A stretch of 46,847 nucleotides of DNA, from positions 25,388,899 through 25,435,745 of the forward strand of contig NC_057718.1 in assembly GCF_004010195.1 (NCBI RefSeq), written 5' to 3'. The notes under the pieces are model-generated. The model was not told where the DNA came from. It did not search any database and worked only from the letters and a program-made list of their open reading frames with translations. A program made the position numbers and the translations under genes. Source of the DNA: Chiloscyllium plagiosum (lineage: Eukaryota). Each line of letters begins with the position of its first letter. Positions within the stretch are counted from its first letter, which is position 1. This document shows, in pieces, positions 23,800 through 33,233 of this stretch.

Positions 23800-24510
23800 T
23801 CCCCCTTCTCCTTTGCCCAATTACTCACACTGATCCTTCCCATCATTCACACTGACCCTCACCAATCACTCTAACCAACACCTCCTGTCCAATTACAGAC
23901 ACTCAACTCTACCAGCCCACTCCTCCCAAATAGACCAACTGACCCACTACACTACCTGATACTTCCCTAATCTAGACACCCATGCATCGAAGCCAAAGAC
24001 TTGACCATTCCCAAATGCCTGATCCACTTTACCCTCCCACCCATTTACTTGTCATGCTACCCTCTCACCTACCTGTCACCCTTCTCACCTGCCACCTTTC
24101 ATCTTCTCCAGCCCATTTGACATAATATCTCTATACCCATCTGACATCTCATCCACTTATCCACCCAGCTACAGCTGACCCCCTTACCCACTTACGTGGC
24201 AAATGATTCCCTCATCTACCAGGCAGCTGATCCCCTTACCCACCAGGCACCCTTCCATTGTACCCACCTGCCACTCTATCCACTTAGCTATCTGGCACCG
24301 ACTGGCATGCTAATGTGTTTGCCACTTGGCACCCTTCATCCTCATCCACCTGCCATACTTCCCCTTACCTACTTGCAACCTAACCCTCACCAGCTGCCAC
24401 TTTACCCCTTTACTCACCTGGCACCTTAACCATTAATCCACTTTGCACCCTACCCCTAACCCACCAACCACATTACTCCCTCACCCACTTTCTCACACAC
24501 ACTAATTCTC
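23800..24510. repeat. C-rich degenerate low-complexity tract
   Basis: Strong C/G strand skew with recurring CACCTGCCAC / CCCTTACC / CCACTT motifs. Confidence 0.6.
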
Positions 24511-25258
24511 TCAGTAGCTGTTAAAGTGGCTTTGAGGCCTTACTGGAATATGGCAGCTCATGCCATTAAAAAGGAGTGTTCCTTGGCCACCAACACTGAT
24601 CTTGGAATCAGTGGATTCCTTGTTGCTTTCCTACAATGGAAGGATCTGGACACAGGTCAGATTAAGGAGTCTAGTTGCAAACATTACTTACAGGGAAGTG
24701 AGCAATCTTTAGTGAGATTATTGTTAGTCATATCTGTTGCAGTGGTAATCAGAAGACCTGGGCTCTTGTTGTTTAACTGAGTTTGCTTAAAGCTTTTGTT
24801 TGTTTAAAGCCCAAGCGCAGCTTCTTCATGTAGGAAGTGGTCAAAATAGACTTATCTTGAGGTCAACTGGAGACTACTTTAGAATTACAGTATTATAGAC
24901 TAGTGCTACACAGGAGGAGACCATTCAGCCCATTGAACCTGTTTTGTCTCCTTTGAAGAACACTCCAGTTAGTCCCACTTTCCACTCCTTTGCCATATAA
25001 ATGCGGACTGAAAGTTTTCAAGATATTTAGCTGTTTGTGAACTTCTGACTCAAACCATTGGAGAGAAACTGTGTCATGAAAGCAAGCAGGAAATCATCAA
25101 AATATTTCCTTTTTTTCTGTTTTTTTTAAAATTCAGATTATTAATACTGCATAGATTGATGTCTTGAGGTGTGATACCTGAAATATACAAGATGAATGAA
25201 ATGTTTTTCTGGATAGGAGATTTGTGACATAATCGTAACTATTCTTTTCTTCCTGCAG

Positions 25259-25426
25259 TTGATCAGATAACAGTTGTACTGGGTTTAAAGGTGCTGATGC
25301 TGCCTTTTGGGTCCAACGTCAATACTTGTTTTGAAAAACTGGTGAACCAACTCAAAAGCCTAACCAATATGACCAAGTTAGGTCTGCAGAAATGGAATCT
25401 GAACGATAAGGACCTTTTGATACTGA
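25259..25426 (+). CDS. NLRC4: NLRC4 LRR exon (168 nt)
   Basis: VDQITVVLGLKVLMLPFGSNVNTCFEKLVNQLKSLTNMTKLGLQKWNLNDKDLLIL; acceptor TTCTTTTCTTCCTGCAG, donor GTGAGT. Confidence 0.92.
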
Positions 25427-25844
25427 GTGAGTTAAATAAGCATTACCTAAGTTCCTGTTACAAGTTTTAAAGATCTAAACTGCTGTGTGTCATGAATCAA
25501 TGTCAAAAAAACCTCAAATATTGAAAGAGCTAGTACGATAATTGTTAACTAAAGTAAGTGGCGTTCCAGTGCTTTGGCAGTATGAATGGTGAAGCAATTA
25601 AAATGGGGAATTTATAAGAGGCCAAAATTGGAGAAGTGCCAATGTCTCGAAGGGTTATAGTGCTAGGAGGAGGCTGTAAAGATTGGCTGAGGCCATGATG
25701 GGATCTCAGAGCAAGGAGGAGAATTTTAAAATTGAGGCATTGCTGAACCAGAAGTCAGTGTAAGTCATTATTATCTATTTTGGTTTTAGATGACCAGTAG
25801 GTTTCTGACTTTACCTTCTACATTTTAAAATTTATTTTGCTTAG

Positions 25845-26227
25845 CTTCCCTGGTAACCAGTGGACATCTGGAAAACCTACAGTGCTTGGACCTTGCACAG
25901 AATTTGGTGACGACCAAAGGCTGGATAGCATTTTTTGAAGCCCTGAGAACAAACGAAACTGGCGGTCTTTACAAGTTGACATCGCTGGATTTTAGCAGCC
26001 AAGTGGAACTATATCCTGAAGCATTCATGGTGAAAGAATTCGTCCAGTGGATAGTAAAGCTACATTTTATTCATGAAGTTGTTCTGATCAATTGGATGTT
26101 TGATGAAAATGATCTGAATATGATTAAGAATGCAAAAGCAGCCCAAAAGCGAGAGTTTCAATTAAGGCTTTCAGACATATCCAAAGGCTTTGCGGGATAT
26201 GGGCCAAGTGCTGGCAAATGGGACTAG
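25845..26227 (+). CDS. NLRC4: NLRC4 terminal coding exon (LRR C-terminus, stop TAG)
   Basis: LENLQCLDLAQNLVTTKGWIAFFEAL...LTSLDFS...LINWMFDENDL; acceptor TTTATTTTGCTTAG; joined CDS is 3171 nt and in frame. Confidence 0.9.
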
Positions 26228-26305
26228 ATTAGGCTAGGATATCTGGTCGGCATGAACGGGTTGGACTGAAGGGTCTGTTTCCATGCTATACATCTCCATG
26301 TCTGT
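26184..26305 (+). mobile_element. CR1 LINE 3' tail overlapping the NLRC4 stop codon
   Basis: GGGATATGGGCCAAGTGCTGGCAAATGGGACTAGATT...GGTCGGCATGAACGGGTTGGACTGAAGGGTCTGTTTCCATGCT; its 3' part matches the tails at 3411-3452 and 22232-22270. Confidence 0.8.
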
Positions 26306-26400
26306 AAGAGATTGATGTTCAGCAAGTAGAGTTGAAGTATCCTTGAATTTTATACAAATTGTAAATCATTTCATTGAAAAAAAACTGCAATATTTTTGTA

Positions 26401-26431
26401 ATTAAAATTTGGGTTTTATATGCAAAATAAA
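26401..26431 (+). terminator. Candidate NLRC4 polyadenylation signals
   Basis: ATTAAA at 26401-26406 and AATAAA at 26426-26431, about 200 nt after the stop. Confidence 0.4.
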
Positions 26432-28302
26432 TGATGGGGCCTTATTAGACCTTAGGAACACAGGAAAAAACATGGAAACATTTAGAAATTCAAGTATGTT
26501 GAGACATTTCATTACAACATGATTGATCTGCATTAAACTCATTATGCTTTGGTTCTTTGCCCTTAGTAGTTTGTATAAAAAAATCCCACTCTTGTAACTT
26601 CAAATGTACTGGCCTCATCAGATTTTTGAGGGACTGATTTCCTAATTACCACACCCTTTGTGTAAAGTAGTGTAGCCAAACATCAACTCTGAATGAGCCA
26701 GCTCCAATTTTAAAATTCTCCCCTTTGTTTTAGATGGTTTCTTCCCAAACAGAATTGAAATGATTTCTCTCTTTCTATACTCTCAATTCCTTCAAATTTA
26801 ATCATCTGAAGTCAAGCAATTAAAATCTCTTGTTCTGAGTGAATGTGAGCAATGCTTCAAATCCACATTGTGAATGTGATGTGGTTCAGAGTTCCAACCA
26901 GTGTATATTAGTACATTGGACTTTCCTGTATGCAATATTAACAAAATATTGATCAGAGAATATCATCCCATTTTAATAGAATGGCAAAGGAAAACCGGCA
27001 AGCCATTCTTGCAAGGTTTTTGTTCCCTACAATTAGGAACTTTACAAAAGCCTTTAGGGATGATTGGAACTATTAGACACTAGAGTGTCACTGTTGGATA
27101 AGAGATGGGCCAATTTCATTGGGAGGCCTGTGTAAATAAGTGTATAGTGAGACAGATTGCCTTTATCCTGGAGCCAATTTTCACTGCCATGTAAACACTG
27201 TGATGAAATAAAAACAGTAAGTCCTGGAAATACTTACAACATCTAGTAACATCCATGCAGAGAGATGCTGCCAGAGCTGTTGAGTATTTCCAGCAGTTTT
27301 GTCATTATGATTTTAGATTTCTGACATTCACAATATTTTGTTTTTTAACAATGTGAAACAGCATCAAGGTAGGTCTTCAAAGAACTGAAGGTCAATGACT
27401 TGTTACCATAGGCAGGGGATCTCAATGATCATGATGGGAATTTGTACATCAATCCTCAAATGCAATATAGCAGGGAGTATAGAGGCAGGCAGTAGAACTG
27501 GGACTGTACAGGTGGAGTTGGAGCTGGAAATAGAAGAGGCAGTGAGCTGCTGCAGAGAGAACTGTGCATCAAAGCTTCAATGACATGAGGTACAATTATG
27601 TTTTTGAAGCAATTGCCAGTGTGCTTAAAATGGCACTGATTTTCCAAGACTCCACTTGTCTGCATAATTGTAAACATTTCTTTCTCTATCGAACCAGTGC
27701 AATCAGGCAGTTTGACAGAGTATAATTGATTCACTGCTGGCATAATGGTCAGTATGGACTGGTCAGACTGAAGGACCTGTTTCTGTGCTGTACAACACGA
27801 AAAGATAGTGCTTGGGTCTACTAAAAAGTAATAAACTACTGCAGCTTTTCTAGTAAAAATTGTATTTTTAATAAGCATTCATAATTGAATAACCTGATAT
27901 TAATGAACTAAAAGTGATTTTTAAAAGGACTATACCAAACCATGTATTAGTTTAATTTATGTATGCTGGAAGGTGCTTTGTAAATTAAATGTTTTAATTT
28001 TTCAGGAGCTGTCTGGTATTGCCTTTTTACAAATAGAAACATACTCAATTTGAAGAGATTACTTGAAATGCATAATTGTTGGAAACCGGCAATATCTGGG
28101 GATGTAATTTTGAGTTCCAAGAGAGCAACATTGGATTCAAAACATTAACGTTTGTTTCTTTCTCTGCAGATACTACCAGATCTGCTGAACTTCTCCACAC
28201 TCTTTTTATTTCAGATCTCCAGCATCTACAGTATTTTGCTTTTATATCTGGGGCTGGTTAGTTTTACAGTAAAGCCCAGGTTCCAGGCTGATGCGGTGAA
28301 TA

Positions 28303-28459
28303 ATCACTTGTCACTTTGCACCTTGCCACCCTTTCTGCATAGCATCCAACACACATGAGAGAAAGTCAGGACTGCAGATGCTGGAGGTTAGAGTCGAAAG
28401 TGTGGTGCTGGAAAAGCACAGCAGGTCAGGCAGCATCTGAGGTCCAGGAGAGAAATGTC
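28303..28459 (+). repeat. 157-bp direct repeat copy 1 (unique flank plus family A arm)
   Basis: Nearly identical to 29294-29450 (three substitutions seen). Confidence 0.85.
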
Positions 28460-28809
28460 AAAACATTGGCCTGGATTTTCTGTTGGTCAAGCAGTTGTTT
28501 TGTCAATGAAGATAGGAGTTGGGCATGGAGACCCTGCAAATCCCCCATCATGGCAGCCCCCAAATCAACTGCCCATGAAATTGACTTTGCCACTAGATAA
28601 TTCCTCTACACTTGGAAACCTCTGAAAGTCTCCATTTAAGTTAGAGATTTTAGATGGTTCTGATTAAGTAAAGTGGTTACTCAGAAAAAGTTAGACTATT
28701 GAATACATAGTCTAACTCAGGAGTAGCTATTAAACTGATCCTTTACTTAACTTCACCCTCCACACACAAATACAACTACATCTTCTTCAGACTGTTTACA
28801 GCATCATAG

Positions 28810-29280
28810 ACCCCAACCTGACAACCCAGCCTCAAACCTAGGACCCAACCCCTCTCTGTTTACCCCGACCCCCACCCAGGATCTGATTCCCTTCCCCCAC
28901 TCCTCCCTGCCAGACTGGCAGAGACCCTCTACCACTGGACCTGACCGTACAATGCCCCCACTCCATCCATCGCCTGACCTGACCCTGACTCTCATCCCCC
29001 GGCAGATCCAACCTGACAAATCCCCTTCCTCTGATGGACTTGATCTAACACCCCTTTCCTCCTGCCAGACCCAACCCAGCAAACCCTTCTCCCTGTCGGA
29101 CCCGACCTGGCCTCCCCCACCCACCACCCCTGCACCCCACAGAACCTGACCTGACTGGGGAACAGTTCCCTAAAAGAACCCATTCTGACCCAACACACAC
29201 CGCCCCCACCCAACCACAACATTCCCAACCACCCTCTCCTCACACCGCAGAACTGGATTTCTCCCACCCACTCCAACCTC
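28810..29280. repeat. C-rich low-complexity tract
   Basis: Recurrent ACCTGAC / ACCCC motifs, very G-poor. Confidence 0.55.
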
Positions 29281-29293
29281 TGCTTAATGCGGC

Positions 29294-29520
29294 ATCACTT
29301 GTCGCTTTGCACCTTGCCATCCTTTCTGCATAGCATCCAACACACGTGAGAGAAAGTCAGGACTGCAGATGCTGGAGGTTAGAGTCGAAAGTGTGGTGCT
29401 GGAAAAGCACAGCAGGTCAGGCAGCATCTGAGGTCCAGGAGAGAAATGTCGATTCTCCTGCTCCTCGGATGCTACCCGATCTGCTGCGCTTTTCCAGCAC
29501 CGCACTTTTCGACTTTGATC
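29294..29520. mobile_element. 157-bp direct repeat copy 2, continuing into a palindromic family A element
   Basis: AGTCGAAAGTGTGGTGCTGGAAAAG ... CTTTTCCAGCACCGCACTTTTCGACT inverted arms. Confidence 0.75.
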
Positions 29521-30020
29521 TTACACACCTAGCACATTACCCTCCCCATCCGACTGGCATCTTAACCAGATGGTCCCCTGCTCCCCACTTGTCTGGTATC
29601 ATACCCTCTACTCATCTTAACCCTGGCACCCTCGCCAGCTATTGCCCCCCCCCCCCCTCCCCCTTACCTGGCTGCCTCCCCTTCCAGGACCCTAACATTA
29701 CAGTGGCCTTGTGTAGCTCCAGTTTGACAGCAGCTGTCAAAGTGGCTGTAGGATCATTGCTCGATGTCGGAACAAGGCAGCTGCCTGCTGTGAAGACGGG
29801 CGTGGTCTTCCTTCCTCTGTCAGATCGGATATGTCCCCAACCCCCGCCCAGCCTGCATTCTGGGGGCGCCATGAAGCTCAATCTCCTCAGAAATGAGGAG
29901 CTATCTCCTTTTCACACAAAAAGAAATCCGGAGTTGACGCTGCATGAGATTGCCGTTCCCCGGAATATCCGGCTCTGTGATCTGTGTTCCTCACTGAAAA
30001 TTACATTTTTAATTCCTCCC

Positions 30021-30105
30021 TGTGTTTGTTTGTCTGTGTGTGTCTCTGTGTGTATGTGTGTTTGTCTGTGTGTGTCTGTCTGTCTGCGTGTATGTCTGTG
30101 CGTGT
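30021..30105. repeat. Imperfect (TG)n / TGTC microsatellite
   Basis: TGTGTTTGTTTGTCTGTGTGTGTCTCTGTGTG... Confidence 0.9.
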
Positions 30106-30759
30106 TTTAAGCGTTGGGCGGGGACTGAAGATGCACAAACTGGCGAGAACCCTAAATTACCCTGAATGAGCAGCCCCCCCGCTCACGCTGACCAGCGCCT
30201 GTGTGTGTTTGATTTCTCAGTCACTTTCCAACCTTGTGGGGTCCTTCACGCTGCGCCCCTTTTAAAGTAAACGCGGTGACTTTTCACCCCGGGGAGGCTG
30301 TGACACACGCTATCAATAACGCTGACGTTTGTCAGACAACAGTGAATGTTGAAACTGCATTTCTTTGGGATTTTTTTTCCTCAACATTGGGAAAAGCCAG
30401 GCATGGCGCTAAGGGCAGCACCAGCCAGAGAGATGATATTCAGATATATTGCAACTGGGTCTCTCTGTGCTACGCATCCAATAGCAACTAATTTTAATCT
30501 GCCCAGTTATGTCATGTCCTTTTGTTACATCACTTCATTCATATAAAGCTTCAGGGACAATTTCCCCTTAATAATTACCCGCCCCCTCCCTCCTCTTGTA
30601 TATCTCTCTGTACAACCTGTCTCTGCATTTTAACATACATTTAATTTCCTTTTTTTTGACCCCCCTCCCTCTCAATTTCACCCCCGTTGCATTATCTTTC
30701 CTTCCTCTGCTCGCTGGCCTCTTCATTTTCCCGTTGACCTTCTCTGCACATTATGCTTT

Positions 30760-31222
30760 CCTATTCGGTGCCGGCTATCCGGTGTCACTTTCGCCTGCCC
30801 CTGTCCCTTTATTTCTGCCCATCGTGTCTGCTGTGGCGCCGGGGGGTCACTTGCACCCTCAACCTGGTGGCCCCGGGTCTGCCCGGCCAGGCGGATCGCT
30901 CCCAGAGGCGGAGGAGAGCGAGCCGTGAGCCCGCGCTGCGGACCACCGAGCGGCGCCTGCACGCCAGATGAGCGGCGCTAGCGGCGAGAGAGAGAGAGAG
31001 AGATCCGGAAGGTCCATCCCGTTGAGCTCCTGAGCCCTGTTGGACGGACGAGACTGTTGCAGAAGACTGCGGTGAAAATGCACTGGACAGGTTTGACCCT
31101 TGGGTTCGCGTAAGGAGTGAATCTTTTTTGGGGGAAAAAAAAATAGAGGGGGAGCAAAGGGATAAGGAGACCATCTGGCAATCTGTGAGTGGACAACTTT
31201 AGCTGGCACCTCTCCCTGTAGG
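30760..31222 (+). promoter_or_regulatory. CpG island / promoter and 5' UTR of the ANKRD9-like gene
   Basis: Dense CpG and high GC against an AT-rich background, extending into the CDS; (GA)n at about 30986-31002; possible short 5' UTR intron 31110-31221 (GTAAGG...CCCTGTAG). Confidence 0.6.
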
Positions 31223-32098
31223 ATGTGCAGCAACTCAGCTTCCAGCCAGGACGATGAAAGACAGTGTAAGTTCCTCTCCTATATGTTTTACCAGGCAGTT
31301 AGAGACCGCAAGCCCGTCTGGATGCTAGAGGACATGAGGACGATGGAATCGTTTTACTGGGAAGACAGCACCACCCTCCGCACTTACTCGCCTTCAGAGG
31401 CCCTCCTGTACGCAGTGGTACACAATCACCTCCCGTACGCCCAATACCTGCTAAGCCATTACCCGGACGAGGCCCTGGAGGTGCCCGGGGATCGCTTCTG
31501 CTGTTGCCCTTCCTCGGCCCCTCACCTCGCCATGGCGGTCAGGTATGACCGCAAGGACATCCTTGGGCTGATCCTGAAGATAACCCACCAACTGCCGGGC
31601 TTCAAGTCCTACATCAACAGGAAAGGCTGCTTCCACATCGAGGACGGCAAGACCCCTTTGCACTTGGCGTGTGAGCTGCTCAGGGCCGAGACTGTGCTCA
31701 TGTTACTGGGCAGCGGCGCCTCGCCCAAGATCGTGGACAGCAAGGGGCTGACCCCTCTCGATGTCATCCTGGAGCAACTCCGGGTGTCAAAGATCAACGT
31801 CGAGTCCAAGAGGCTCTGCATCGACCAGCTGCTGCTGTTCATGTCCAGTCTGCAGTTCAAAATGAAGAGGGCTCTGGAGGACAACCCGACTGAGTGGAAT
31901 GGGCTTCTGGGGGAGGAGAAATACAACTACCTCTGCGGGAAAGCACCCGCCACTTTATTCCTCATCTCGATGCAGGGCATTTTAAAATGCCTTCCACCGT
32001 CTAGATTCCCAGCTAGCATCAAGGAATTGCCCATACCCCAGTCCCTAAAGCCATTGCCTTTAGGAATATCGACATTCCGCTGTGTGGATGTCCTGTAG
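31223..32098 (+). CDS. ANKRD9: Ankyrin repeat domain-containing protein 9 family (ANKRD9 or ANKRD9-like paralog), 291 aa, single coding exon
   Basis: FYQAVRDRKPVWMLEDMR, YSPSEALLYAVVHNH, FCCC..PHLAMAVRY, ankyrin repeat GKTPLHLACELLRAETVLMLLGSGASP, and C-terminal SOCS-box-like PATLFLISMQGIL...ELPIPQSLKPL. Ortholog versus paralog is unresolved. Confidence 0.9.
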   Translation: MCSNSASSQDDERQCKFLSYMFYQAVRDRKPVWMLEDMRTMESFYWEDSTTLRTYSPSEALLYAVVHNHLPYAQYLLSHYPDEALEVPGDRFCCCPSSAPHLAMAVRYDRKDILGLILKITHQLPGFKSYINRKGCFHIEDGKTPLHLACELLRAETVLMLLGSGASPKIVDSKGLTPLDVILEQLRVSKINVESKRLCIDQLLLFMSSLQFKMKRALEDNPTEWNGLLGEEKYNYLCGKAPATLFLISMQGILKCLPPSRFPASIKELPIPQSLKPLPLGISTFRCVDVL

Positions 32099-33226
32099 CG
32101 TACCACAAGACTTCGAATTTTCCCTGAGAGGCATTTTTGAACGTGAATTAATTGTTTCTGCCGGAGCATGCTGTTGCATCAAATACAAAATAGTCCTCTA
32201 ATGATACTGCATGGCGTGTTATACTTTTTGATACATTTTTTAGCTGGGTCACCCCATCACAGATTAAGTACTGGCGTTGAAAATCAGGGGCATTGCAAAG
32301 TTGGCTGACAGATAACACGATAAAAAATCTTTTGTTTTTAACATACCGGGTGCAGAAAGTGCTGAACGGAATTGCTATATACACTGCTGCTTAATGATAT
32401 ATTGCCTGAATCTAAGAGGAAAATTGCCACTCGATTCTATCTAACTGCATTGTCGGGTTTAATACCGTACGGATGCAGGCTGTCCATGTCTGCATGTATT
32501 GTAAGTGAATTCTGTTTGTGGATTGGATTCCTGGTAACCGCATTGAACGTGAGTTGATAGAACGAGAAAAATGTGAGGCTTAATTTTGTCAGAGAATGAA
32601 ACTTAACACGTCGTAGCATGGCTGTGCATCGCTGGAGTAGGGGGAACAGATATTTAAAAGTAACGTAGTTCTTTTTTGGTTTCATTATGGGATATGCGGG
32701 CATAACCTTCAGCCCTCAACGCACCTTGTTATAAAAGCGTGTGGACTGGTCCCAACCAGAGGGGAACATGACTGCGAAATTCTCGAAATCAAATTCAAGT
32801 ACTCCAGAGAAACACTAACAAAATATGTGAGGAACCATTGTTATAATAGAGAAAATGATATGAAATGAATAGATTTGCATGCTTATTATCTATGTAAAAA
32901 TGAACATGATTGAGCTATAGAGCCAACAAATTGTATTTAAGGTTTGAATTAGTGCCAAAGCTTATCAATGTATATGCTAATTAACCTTTCACAAATGTAC
33001 ATACCCATTATTGAGGATTTTAATCATTTTTACATGTACATTTAACAGATTTTTATTTTCTGAAACTTTTATTCATGTATATTTGTTTATTAAATATAAA
33101 ATATTTAATTATTTATTGCAACAGTAGAGCTGTTATTCAATATTTTAATCACTAGCTGAACATGCCTTATTATGAACTAGGTGCTACTAATTTCTGGTTC
33201 ATGAATAATAGAAGAGTTTTCAATGT

Positions 33227-33233
33227 CAATAAA
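33227..33233 (+). terminator. Candidate poly(A) signal of the ANKRD9-like gene
   Basis: AATAAA at the end of a ~1.1-kb repeat-free AU-rich stretch; ATTAAA also near 33090. Confidence 0.35.

Noticed and set aside
29346..30110. 254-aa ORF
   Set aside because: Made of a Penelope-type repeat, a C-rich tract and a TG microsatellite; no domain features.
30596..31233. Several overlapping 70-124 aa ORFs upstream of the ANKRD9-like CDS
   Set aside because: Expected from stop-poor GC-rich CpG-island sequence; no homology recognised.
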